64,000 nt of DNA from Acidimicrobiia bacterium (GTDB lineage: Bacteria; Actinomycetota; Acidimicrobiia; IMCC26256; PALSA-610): NCBI GenBank assembly GCA_026002935.1, contig BPGH01000001.1, forward strand, positions 2,629,250 to 2,693,249, read 5' to 3'. Positions 1 through 8,389 of the stretch are shown here, piece after piece. Numbering within the stretch: the stretch's first letter is position 1; each line of letters begins with the position of its first letter. Both the position numbers and the translations under genes were made by a program. The notes under the pieces were generated by a model that saw only the letters and a list, made by a program, of their open reading frames with translations, searched no databases and had not been told where the DNA came from.

Positions 1-624
1 GGCCCGGAAGACCGGGCCGATCTCGTACACCCGTTCGAACACCCCGACCATCATCTGCTTGTAGAACTGCGGGCTCTGCGCGAGGTAGCCGGGCCGGCCG
101 AAGTAGTCGATGCGGAACACGTTGGCGCCGGTCTCGGTGGCCGACGCGACGATCTTCGGCGTCTGGATCTCGACGAAGCCGTCCGCGTCGAGCACGGCGC
201 GCATCCCGGCGAGCGACGCCGCACCGAGGCGGAACACGGCCCGCCGGCGCGGGTGGCGCAGCGACACCGCGGCGTGGTCGAGCAGGTACGGGAGCTGCTC
301 GCGCGGCTCGGGGACGCGCAGGTTGACCGGCGGCGGCTCGGGCGAACGGGCGATCTCCCGGAACACGGGGTCGACGAGCTCCACCCCCCCGGGGGCCTGC
401 CGCGACTCCTTGGGCGTGCCCTCCACCTCGAACACCGTCTCGTCGTGCCACTGCGCGACGGCGGCGCGGGTCGCGTCGTCGTTCACGACGACCTGGCAGA
501 CGCCCCGGCCGTCGCGCAGGATCACGAAGTCGACCTTCGACAGGGCCCGGTGGTTGAGCATCCACCCGCGCAGGACGACCCGCTCCCCGACGTGCTCGTG
601 CAGCTGCGTCGACCAGATCCGCAT
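1..624 (-). CDS. aspS: aspartate--tRNA ligase, type-2/archaeal-like class II aaRS (first 208 codons; gene continues beyond window start)
   Basis: I translated the reverse strand from the ATG (complement of 622-624): MRIWSTQLHEHVGERVVLRGWMLNHRALSKVDFVILRDG...QTPKIVASATETGANVFRIDYFGRPGYLAQSPQFYKQMMVGVFERVYEIGPVFRA. This is an OB anticodon-binding fold followed by class II motifs (SPQxYKQ, ..FRA). It is absent from the ORF track because it is open at the window edge. Confidence 0.65.
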   Translation of the reverse strand, partial: MRIWSTQLHEHVGERVVLRGWMLNHRALSKVDFVILRDGRGVCQVVVNDDATRAAVAQWHDETVFEVEGTPKESRQAPGGVELVDPVFREIARSPEPPPVNLRVPEPREQLPYLLDHAAVSLRHPRRRAVFRLGAASLAGMRAVLDADGFVEIQTPKIVASATETGANVFRIDYFGRPGYLAQSPQFYKQMMVGVFERVYEIGPVFRA

Positions 625-718
625 CGCCGGAACGCTACCGTCCGCCACCCGGTGGCCCGGCGACCGCCGCCACGGCGCCGGCGGCCGGATCGCCGCCTCC
701 GGAGCGGCTCGCGTACGA

Positions 719-735
719 TCTGACGTTCCGTCAGA
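719..735. promoter_or_regulatory. candidate operator: inverted repeat TCTGACG-ttc-CGTCAGA
   Basis: Read directly from the sequence. It lies in the 122-bp divergent gap between aspS (start 624) and the ipdA-like gene (GTG 747), 12 nt upstream of that GTG. A near-identical copy is at 59538-59556. Confidence 0.5.
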
Positions 736-746
736 CCGGGGGGAGC

Positions 747-1595
747 GTGGTACCCGACAAGCGCGTCACGATCGACGAGGTCGTCGCCGAGATCCGCGAC
801 GGGATGACCGTCGGCATCGGCGGCTGGGGGTCGCGCCGCAAGCCGATGGCGCTCGTGCGGGCCCTCGCCCGCTCGCCGGTGCGCGACCTGACGCTCGTGT
901 CGTACGGGGGCCCCGACGTCGGCCTGCTGTGCCGGGCCGGCAAGGTGCGCCACGTCGTCTACGCGTTCGTCTCCCTCGACTCGATCGCGCTCGAGCCCCA
1001 CTTCCGCAACGCCCGCCAGTCGGGCGCGGTGACGACGACCGAGCTCGACGAGGGGATGTTCCTGCTCGGGCTCCAGGCCGCGGCGTGGCGGGTGCCGTTC
1101 CTGCCGACGCGCGTCGGGCTCGGCTCCGACGTGCTCGCGTGCAACCCCCGGCTGCGCACGGTGCGCTCCCCCTACGACGACGGCGAGGAGCTCGTCGCGA
1201 TGCCGGCGCTGCAGCTCGACGTCGCGCTCGTCCACATGCACCGCGGCGACCGGGGTGGCAACGGGCAGTACCTCAACGTCGACCCGTACTTCGACGACCT
1301 GTTCTGCATGGCGGCGCGACGGAGGTTCATGTCGGTCGAGCGCCTCGTCGACACCGAGCAGCTCCTGGCGGGCGGGCCGCCGCAGTCGCTCCGCATCAAC
1401 CGCCTCATGACCGACGGCGTCGTCGAGACGCCGCACGGCGCGCACTTCACCGAGTGCGTACCCGACTACCCGCGCGACGAGGCCTTCCAGCGGGAGTACG
1501 CCGAGAGCGCGAGGAGCGACGAGGCGTGGGAGGCCTTCCGCGCCCGCTACGTCGACGTGACCGAGGCCGAGTACCAGTCGGTGGTGTCGCGGTGA
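747..1595 (+). CDS. ipdA: CoA-transferase alpha subunit, IpdA-like
   Basis: ORF track 747..1595 (GTG start). The translation GMTVGIGGWGSRRKPMALVRAL...ELDEGMF...MPALQLDVALVH is typical of a family I CoA-transferase A subunit. The gene order A subunit, B subunit, nitronate-monooxygenase-family gene matches the mycobacterial ipdABC block as I remember it. Confidence 0.75.
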   Translation: MVPDKRVTIDEVVAEIRDGMTVGIGGWGSRRKPMALVRALARSPVRDLTLVSYGGPDVGLLCRAGKVRHVVYAFVSLDSIALEPHFRNARQSGAVTTTELDEGMFLLGLQAAAWRVPFLPTRVGLGSDVLACNPRLRTVRSPYDDGEELVAMPALQLDVALVHMHRGDRGGNGQYLNVDPYFDDLFCMAARRRFMSVERLVDTEQLLAGGPPQSLRINRLMTDGVVETPHGAHFTECVPDYPRDEAFQREYAESARSDEAWEAFRARYVDVTEAEYQSVVSR

Positions 1596-2359
1596 GCGCG
1601 CCGGCCGGCCCGACCCGCGCCGACGTGTGCGCCGTCGCGATCGCGGAGTGCTTCCGCGACGACGGCGAGATCGTCGCGAACCCGATCGGGACGCTGCCGA
1701 TGATCGGCGGTCGGCTCGCGAAGGCGACCTTCGCGCCCCAGCTCCTCATGACCGACGGCGAGGCGCTGCTCGTCGAGAACGTGGTGCCGGTCGGCGTCGA
1801 GCGCCCCGAGAAGGTCGTCGGCGCGTGGAACCCGTACCGCGCCATGTTCGACGTCGTGTGGTCGGGCCGGCGCCACGTGATGATGGGCGCCAGCCAGATC
1901 GACCCCTGGGGCAACCAGAACTTCGCGTTCATCGGCAGCCACGAGCGCCCGCGCGCGCAGCTCCTCGGGATGCGCGGCGCGCCCGGCAACACGATCAACC
2001 ACCGCACCTCGTACTGGGTCCCGAACCACTCGCCGCGCGTGTTCGTCCCGTCGGTCGACGTCGTCAGCGGCGTCGGGTACGACCGCGCCGCCGCGCTCGG
2101 CGACGCCGCCCGGTTCCACGAGCTCGTCTGCGTCGTCACCGACCTGTGCGTGCTCGACTTCCGCACCCCCGACCACCGGATGCGGCTGCGCTCGGTGCAC
2201 CCGGGCGTCTCGGTCGACGACGTCGTCGCCGCGACCGGCTTCGAGCTCGTCATCGACGCCGACGTCCCGCCGACGCGTCTGCCGGAGCCGGAGGAGCTCG
2301 ACTGGCTCGCGCGGATCGACCCCAACGGGCTGCGCCACCGCGAGGTGCCCGACCCGTGA
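1592..2359 (+). CDS. ipdB: CoA-transferase beta subunit, IpdB-like
   Basis: These are the last 255 codons of track ORF 110..2359 (the upstream part is Arg/Pro-rich noise). GTG 1592 overlaps the ipdA stop (GTGA). Translation: VSAPAGPTRADVCAVAIAECFRDDGEIVANPIG...DPWGNQNFAFIG. Confidence 0.75.
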   Translation: MSAPAGPTRADVCAVAIAECFRDDGEIVANPIGTLPMIGGRLAKATFAPQLLMTDGEALLVENVVPVGVERPEKVVGAWNPYRAMFDVVWSGRRHVMMGASQIDPWGNQNFAFIGSHERPRAQLLGMRGAPGNTINHRTSYWVPNHSPRVFVPSVDVVSGVGYDRAAALGDAARFHELVCVVTDLCVLDFRTPDHRMRLRSVHPGVSVDDVVAATGFELVIDADVPPTRLPEPEELDWLARIDPNGLRHREVPDP

Positions 2360-3408
2360 TCCGCACCCGGATCTGCGACCTCTTCGGGATCGACGTCCCG
2401 ATCGTGCAGACCGGCATGGGCTGGGTCGCCGGCCCCCGGCTCGTCACCGCCACCGCGCGGGCGGGCGCCCTCGGGATCCTCGCCTCCGCCACGATGACCC
2501 TCGACGAGCTCGAGCGGGCGATCGCCGAGGTGCAGGACCGCACGGACCGGCCCTTCGGCGTGAACCTGCGGGCCGACGCCGAGGACGCCGACGCGCGCGT
2601 GCAACTCCTCGTGCGCCGCGGCGTCAGGGTCGCGTCGTTCGCGCTCGCGCCGCGCGAGGCCCAGGTGAAGGCGCTCAAGGACGCGGGCGTGGTCGTCGTC
2701 CCGTCCGTCGGTGCCCGCCGGCACGCCGAGAAGGTCGCCGCCTGGGGCGCGGACGCGGTGGTCGTGCAGGGCGGCGAGGGCGGCGGCCACACCGGGCCGG
2801 TGCCGACGACGCTGCTGCTCCCGCAGGTGGTCGACGCGGTCGGCATCCCCGTCGTCGCGGCGGGCGGCTTCTTCGACGGCCGCGGGCTGGTGGCCGCGCT
2901 CGCCTACGGCGCGTGCGGCGTCGCCATGGGCACCCGCTTCCTCCTGACCCGCGAGAGCACGGTCCCCGACCCGGTGAAGCGGTATTACCTCGAGCGCGGG
3001 CTGACCGACACGGTCGTGACGACCCGCATCGACGGCGTCCCCCACCGGGTGCTGCGCACCGAGCTCGTCGACGCGCTGGAGCGCACCAACGCCCTCACGG
3101 GCCTGCCGCGCGCGCTCCGCAACGCCGTCCGGTTCAAGCGGATGTCGGGCGCCTCGTGGCGCGGCATGGTGCGCGAGGGCCTCGCGATGAAGCGGGAGGC
3201 GGGACTCGGCTGGACGCAGGTCGCGCTCGCGGCCAACACCCCGATGCTGCTGCGCGCCGGGCTCGTGGAGGGCCGGCTCGACGCCGGGGTGCTGTCGAGC
3301 GGGCAGGTGGTGGGCGTGATCGACGACCTGCCGACGGTCGCCGAGGTGGTGACGCGGATCGTGCAGGAGGCGGAGGAGACGTTGCGGCGACTCGGGGGGA
3401 CCGGATGA
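2356..3408 (+). CDS. ipdC: nitronate monooxygenase / FMN-dependent enoyl reductase family, IpdC-like
   Basis: These are the last 350 codons of track ORF 1627..3408. GTG 2356 overlaps the ipdB stop (GTGA). Translation: ICDLFGIDVPIVQTGMGWVAGPRLV...VVQGGEGGGHTG...VVAAGGFFDGRG. Confidence 0.7.
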   Translation: MIRTRICDLFGIDVPIVQTGMGWVAGPRLVTATARAGALGILASATMTLDELERAIAEVQDRTDRPFGVNLRADAEDADARVQLLVRRGVRVASFALAPREAQVKALKDAGVVVVPSVGARRHAEKVAAWGADAVVVQGGEGGGHTGPVPTTLLLPQVVDAVGIPVVAAGGFFDGRGLVAALAYGACGVAMGTRFLLTRESTVPDPVKRYYLERGLTDTVVTTRIDGVPHRVLRTELVDALERTNALTGLPRALRNAVRFKRMSGASWRGMVREGLAMKREAGLGWTQVALAANTPMLLRAGLVEGRLDAGVLSSGQVVGVIDDLPTVAEVVTRIVQEAEETLRRLGGTG

Positions 3409-3866
3409 GCAAGGTGCGCGTGCCGGCCGTGGAGGGCTGGTTCACGATGGACGAACGGGAGCCGCACCTGATCGGCGAGCGCGGGACGCGCACCGGCAGC
3501 TACTTCTGGCCGAAGGCCGTCGCGGTGTCGGCGAACCCGCTCGCGCCCGACGAGGAGCGCGAGGAGGTCCTCCTGTCGCGCCACGGCCGCCTGTGGTCGT
3601 GGACCACCAACCACTACCCGCCCCCCGAGCCGTACGTCGCGCCCGACCCGTTCGTGCCGTACACCGTGTGCGCGGTGGAGCTCGAGCGCGAGCGGATGGT
3701 CGTGCTCGGCCAGCTCGCGACCGGCGCCGACCCGGCGGCCCTGGCGGTCGGGATGGAGATGGAGCTCGTGCTCGGGCCGCTCTTCGAGGACGACGCGCAC
3801 GAGTACGTCGTCTGGCAGTGGGCGCCGCGGGCGGCGACCGCGGCCCGAGGGGAGGCCGGCCGGTGA
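3405..3866 (+). CDS. DUF35 OB-fold protein (partner of thiolase-like Ltp enzymes)
   Basis: ATG 3405 overlaps the ipdC stop (ATGA). Translation MSKVRVPAVEGWFTMDEREPHLIGERGTRTGSYFWP...YTVCAVELERERMVVLGQL is the usual DUF35 pattern, and the gene sits directly upstream of an Ltp-type thiolase. Confidence 0.7.
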   Translation: MSKVRVPAVEGWFTMDEREPHLIGERGTRTGSYFWPKAVAVSANPLAPDEEREEVLLSRHGRLWSWTTNHYPPPEPYVAPDPFVPYTVCAVELERERMVVLGQLATGADPAALAVGMEMELVLGPLFEDDAHEYVVWQWAPRAATAARGEAGR

Positions 3867-5062
3867 GCGCGGACCGTTCGATCGCGATCCTCGGGGTGGG
3901 CATGCACCCGTGGGGCAAGTGGGGCCGCAACTTCGTCGAGTACGGGCTCGTCGCCGCCCGCGAGGCCCTCGCCGACGCCGGCCTCGCCTGGACCGACATC
4001 CAGTTCGTGTCCGGCGGCGAGACCGTGCGCAACGGCTATCCCGGGTACGTCGCCGGCGCCACCTTCGCGCAGGCGCTCGGATGGAACGGCGCGCAGGTCG
4101 CGTCGTCGTACGCGGCGTGTGCGTCCGGGGTGACCGCCCTGTCGACCGCACGGGCGCAGATCCTCGCCGGTCTCTGCGACGTCGCGCTCGTCGTCGGTGC
4201 CGACACGACCCCGAAGGGGTTCCTCGCCCCCAACAAGGGCGAGCGGGGCGACGACCCCGACTGGCTGCGGTTCCGGCTGCTCGGCGCCACCAACCCGACG
4301 TACTTCGGCCTGTACGCACGGCGCCGGATGGAGCTGCACGGGGCGACCCGCGAGGACTTCGCGCTCGTGAAGGTGAAGAACGCGCGGCACGGGATGGCGA
4401 ACCCGCACGCGCGCTACCGCAAGGAGGTCACGGTCGACGACGTGCTCGCCGCCCCGGTCGTGTCGGACCCGCTCGGGCTGCTCGACATCTGCGCGACGAG
4501 CGACGGCGCCGCCGCGCTGGTCGTGTCGAGCGTCGAGTACGCGCGGGCCCGGGGGCGGGCCGACGCGCCCCGCATCCGCGCGATCTCGACCGTGACACCG
4601 TCGTACCCGCAGACGACGATCGAGCTGCCGAACTTCGCGACCGACTCGGCCGCGGGTGCCGGCGAACCGCCCGCGCACGGCTTCAAGGAGTCGATCGCGC
4701 GGCGGGCCTACGAGGAGGCCGGGGTCGGACCGGAGGACCTCGACTGCGCCGAGGTCTACGACCTGTCGACCGCGATGGAGCTCGACTGGTACGAGCAGAT
4801 CGGGCTGTGCGCGCCGGGCGATGCCGAACGGCTGCTGCGCGACGGCGCGACGGCGCTCGGCGGGCGGGTGCCCGTGAACCCGAGCGGCGGGCTCGCCTGC
4901 TTCGGCGAGGCGGTCCCCGCGCAGGCGATCGCCCAGGTGTGCGAGCTGGCGTGGCAGGTGCGCGGCGTGGCGCACGGGCGCCAGGTCGAGGGTGCGCGCG
5001 CCGGACTGTCGGTGAACCAGGGCCTGTTCGGCCACGGCTCGGCCGTGGTCGTGACCGCCTAG
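3863..5062 (+). CDS. thiolase-like lipid-transfer protein (Ltp / SCP-x type)
   Basis: GTG 3863 overlaps the DUF35 stop (GTGA). The 399-aa translation reads IAILGVGMHPWGKW...SYAACASGVTAL...NPSGGLACFGEAVPAQAIAQVCEL. Confidence 0.8.
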   Translation: MSADRSIAILGVGMHPWGKWGRNFVEYGLVAAREALADAGLAWTDIQFVSGGETVRNGYPGYVAGATFAQALGWNGAQVASSYAACASGVTALSTARAQILAGLCDVALVVGADTTPKGFLAPNKGERGDDPDWLRFRLLGATNPTYFGLYARRRMELHGATREDFALVKVKNARHGMANPHARYRKEVTVDDVLAAPVVSDPLGLLDICATSDGAAALVVSSVEYARARGRADAPRIRAISTVTPSYPQTTIELPNFATDSAAGAGEPPAHGFKESIARRAYEEAGVGPEDLDCAEVYDLSTAMELDWYEQIGLCAPGDAERLLRDGATALGGRVPVNPSGGLACFGEAVPAQAIAQVCELAWQVRGVAHGRQVEGARAGLSVNQGLFGHGSAVVVTA

Positions 5063-7608
5063 CCCGCCGCGCCCACCGGGCCCGCGTCCGGCCCGAAGCC
5101 CCGCGCGCGCAGGAGGTCGGTGAAGGCGCCGGGCGTGAGCGGGCGGCCGAGCAGGTAGCCCTGGCCGTACCGGCAGCCGGCACGTTTGAGCGCGTCCACC
5201 TGCTCGGGCGTCTCGACGCCCTCGGCGAGCACGTCGAGCCCGAGCGGGCCCGACATCGCCACGATCCCCGCGACGACGGCGGCGGCCGCCGGGTCGTCAC
5301 GGTCGAGCGCCTCCACGAAGACCCGGTCGATCTTCAGCCACGAGAGCGGGTACTCGCTGAGGTGCCGGAGCGACGTGTGGCCGGTGCCGAAGTCGTCGAG
5401 GGCGATCTGCACGCCGACCTTGGCGAGGTCGCGCAGCACCACGAGAGCGCGTGCGGGGTCCTCCACGACCGCGGTCTCGGTGATCTCGAGGCAGATCCGC
5501 CCGGGCGCGAGGCCCGCACGCGCGATCACGTCGTCGATCATCGCGACGAGCCCGGGTTCCCCGAGCTGCCGGGCGGACACGTTGACGCACAGCGACGGCA
5601 GGTAGAGACCGGCTCCGTCCCACGCCGCGAGCTGGACGCACGCGCGCATGAGGACCATCGCGCCGATCTGCACGATCAGCCCGGTCTCCTCCGCGATCGG
5701 CACGAACTCGTCGGGGCGGATCGGGCGCCCGTCGCGCGGCCAGCGCAGGAGCGCCTCGGCGCCGATCAACGCGCCCGACGCGAGGTCGTACTGCGGCTGG
5801 TAGACGAGCGCGAACTCCTCGGCCGTGATGGCGCGCCGGAGGTCCTGCTCGACCTCGAGCCGCTGGACCGCCCGTTCGCGCAGGCGGTCGTCGTAGAACA
5901 CGTAGCGGCGGCCGCCCTCCTCCTTGGCGCGGTACATCGCGATGTCCGCGTTGCGGAGCAGCACGTCCGCGGTCTCGTCGGTCCCGGGCGACCTCACCGC
6001 GACCCCGACGCTCGGGACGACGACGATCTCCCGGCCGTCGAGCGGGAACGGGTACGCGAACGCCTCGAGCAGACGGCCCGCGAGCAGGTCCACCTCGCCG
6101 GGGTCGCCCAGCCGCTCGCACACCACGACGAACTCGTCGCCGCCGAAGCGGGCGACGGTGTCGCCGGACCGCACCGTGTCCTGCAGACGTTGCGCGACGA
6201 GGCGGATCAGCTCGTCACCCGCGGCGTGGCCGAGGGTGTCGTTGACGAGCTTGAACCGGTCGAGGTCGAGGAACAGGACCGCGACGTGGCGGCCGTCGCG
6301 GCGCGACCGCTCGATGGCGTGCTCGATGCGGTCGGCGAGCAACGCCCGGTTCGGGAGGCCCGTCAGGCGGTCGTGCAGCGCGTCGTGGAGCAGCGCGTGC
6401 TCGGCGCGCTTGCGGTCGGTGATCTCCCAGTGCGAGACGACGGCGCCGCCGCAGGGGAGGTCGAGCGCCTCGACGACGAGCTCGAACCACCGTTCGTCGC
6501 CCGCCCGCCGGCAGGCGTAGTCCATCTCGAAGCGGGTCCGTGCGCCGTCGAGCACCGCCCGGACACCCGCCGCGGCCCGGCCGACGTCGCCGGCGTCGGT
6601 GTCGGAGACGTGCAGGAGCGCCGCGTGGTAGTCCTCGCCGACCCCGGCGTTCGCGGGCGAGCCGCGCTCGACCGCGGCGGTGGACCAGGCCCGGTTGACC
6701 GCGACGACGCGCCCCTCCCCGTCGAGCACCGCGGCGCGCGCGCCGATGGAGTCGAGCACGGAGCGCAGGAGCTGCTCGCGCGCGACGATCCCGTCGAGGT
6801 GCTCCTGCTGTTCGGTGACGTCGTGCACGGTGCCGTACACGAGGACCGGCTCCGTCCCCTCGTGCTGCACGTCGGCCCGTACGTCGACGTACCGGACGCA
6901 GCCGTCGGGCCGTACGATCCGGTAACGCGCCGCGAAGGGCTCGCCGGTCGCGACGGCGTCGGCGAACGCGCGGTCGGCGTGCGCGCGGTCCTCAAGGAGC
7001 ATCCGGTCGCGGACCGTGTCGAGCGTGGGGACGAACGCCCCCGGCTCGACGCCGAAGATGCGGTAGGTCTCGTCCGACCACACGACGCCGCGGGTGCGCA
7101 GGTCGAGCTGGAAGCTGCCGATGTGCGCGACGGCCTGGGAGCGTGCGAGCAGCGACTGGCTCTCGCGCAGCGACTCCTGCGCCCGGATCTGGTCGGTGTC
7201 GTCGACGAGCGTGCCGACGAGCAGGAGCCCGCCCCCGACCTCGATGCGCCGCGCCGCGGCCCGCATGTGCCGCAGCCCGTCGGGCCGGCAGACGCGCAGC
7301 GGCAGCTCGTAGGGCTCCCCGTGCAGCGTGGCCCGGCGGTCGTGCAGGGCGACGCCGGCCCGGTCGTCGGGGTGCACCCGGGCGAGGAACCGTTCGAACG
7401 ACGGCGCCAGCGCCGGGTCGAGCCCCAACAGCGCGTAGACCTCCGGCGACCAGGTGGAACGGCCGGTTCGCAGGTCGCGCTGCCACCACCCGATGTCGGG
7501 CACGGCGGCGCCGCCCCGGTCGGCGGGACCGGGGCGCGGCGGGGCCGGCTCCGCGGCGGGGGTCGGCAGGGTGGTCGCCACGACTCCCCTTTCGGCCGGT
7601 TCGGGCAC
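5059..7608 (-). CDS. PAS-PAS-PAS-GGDEF-EAL c-di-GMP turnover protein
   Basis: Track ORF of 849 aa. It contains RFGGDEFVVV (GGDEF) and EALLRW...DDFGTGHTSL..KIDR (EAL), with three PAS-like segments upstream. Its stop overlaps the convergent Ltp stop (CTAG 5059-5062). Confidence 0.85.
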   Translation of the reverse strand: MPEPAERGVVATTLPTPAAEPAPPRPGPADRGGAAVPDIGWWQRDLRTGRSTWSPEVYALLGLDPALAPSFERFLARVHPDDRAGVALHDRRATLHGEPYELPLRVCRPDGLRHMRAAARRIEVGGGLLLVGTLVDDTDQIRAQESLRESQSLLARSQAVAHIGSFQLDLRTRGVVWSDETYRIFGVEPGAFVPTLDTVRDRMLLEDRAHADRAFADAVATGEPFAARYRIVRPDGCVRYVDVRADVQHEGTEPVLVYGTVHDVTEQQEHLDGIVAREQLLRSVLDSIGARAAVLDGEGRVVAVNRAWSTAAVERGSPANAGVGEDYHAALLHVSDTDAGDVGRAAAGVRAVLDGARTRFEMDYACRRAGDERWFELVVEALDLPCGGAVVSHWEITDRKRAEHALLHDALHDRLTGLPNRALLADRIEHAIERSRRDGRHVAVLFLDLDRFKLVNDTLGHAAGDELIRLVAQRLQDTVRSGDTVARFGGDEFVVVCERLGDPGEVDLLAGRLLEAFAYPFPLDGREIVVVPSVGVAVRSPGTDETADVLLRNADIAMYRAKEEGGRRYVFYDDRLRERAVQRLEVEQDLRRAITAEEFALVYQPQYDLASGALIGAEALLRWPRDGRPIRPDEFVPIAEETGLIVQIGAMVLMRACVQLAAWDGAGLYLPSLCVNVSARQLGEPGLVAMIDDVIARAGLAPGRICLEITETAVVEDPARALVVLRDLAKVGVQIALDDFGTGHTSLRHLSEYPLSWLKIDRVFVEALDRDDPAAAAVVAGIVAMSGPLGLDVLAEGVETPEQVDALKRAGCRYGQGYLLGRPLTPGAFTDLLRARGFGPDAGPVGAAG

Positions 7609-7624
7609 CGACCGAAGCCGCGAA

Positions 7625-7646
7625 CGCGTCGCGGGCCCGCGACGCG
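7625..7646 (-). terminator. perfect 22-bp GC palindrome (possible terminator of the DJ-1 gene and/or 5' element of the GGDEF-EAL gene)
   Basis: The sequence CGCGTCGCGGG|CCCGCGACGCG was read directly. It lies 70 nt downstream of the DJ-1 stop and 17 nt upstream of GTG 7608. There is no U-tract. Confidence 0.3.
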
Positions 7647-7716
7647 CGGCGCCGCGAGCCGGCCCGAACCGTGCGATTCCGGGCGTCCCGTCCGAACCGG
7701 GGCGCCGCCCGGGCGC

Positions 7717-8349
7717 TCAGACCCGGCCGGCGTAGCGCGCCGCGAGCCGCTCGACGACGTGGGGTGGCGCCTTGTCGGGCGAACCGGCGTCGAACGGGGG
7801 CTGCGGGTCGTACTCGATGGCGAGCTGCACCCCGGCGGCGAAGTCTTCACCGGCGATCCGGGCGGCGAGCACGAGCGCCATGTCGATGCCCGACGACACC
7901 CCGGCCGCGGTCACGACCTTGCCGTGCTCGACGACCCGCCTCGCGGTCGGGACGGCGCCGTAGTCGGCCAGGCGGGGCAGGGAGGCCCAGTGGCTGGTCG
8001 CCTCCTTGCCCCGCAGCAGCCCGGCGGCGGCGAGGAGCATCGATCCCGTGCAGACCGAGGTGGTCCAGGTCGTGGTCGCGTCCAGCTCCCGGATCCATTC
8101 GAGGGTCCGGTCGTCGGACTCGAGTGCCCGGGTCCCGAACCCTCCCGGGACCACGAGCAGGTCCGCGGCGACCACCTCGTCGAAGGAGCGGTCGGCGACG
8201 AGCCCGAGGAACCGGTTGTCGGTCCGCACCTCGCCGCGCTCGCGTGCCACGAACTCGACGGTCGCGCCGGGCAGCCGCTGCAGCACCTCGTAGGGCCCGA
8301 CGACGTCGAGCGCCGTGATCCCGTCGAACAGCATGCAGGCGATGCGCAT
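7717..8349 (-). CDS. DJ-1/PfpI (ThiJ) family protein
   Basis: I used the internal ATG of track ORF 7717..8529. Translation: MRIACMLFDGITALDVVGPYEVL...TSVCTGSMLLAAAGLL...VTAAGVSSGIDMAL. The upstream 60 codons look non-coding. Confidence 0.75.
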   Translation of the reverse strand: MRIACMLFDGITALDVVGPYEVLQRLPGATVEFVARERGEVRTDNRFLGLVADRSFDEVVAADLLVVPGGFGTRALESDDRTLEWIRELDATTTWTTSVCTGSMLLAAAGLLRGKEATSHWASLPRLADYGAVPTARRVVEHGKVVTAAGVSSGIDMALVLAARIAGEDFAAGVQLAIEYDPQPPFDAGSPDKAPPHVVERLAARYAGRV

Positions 8350-8389
8350 GGGGCATCTTCGCGCGCGGTCGCTACGATCCGCCGCGCCC

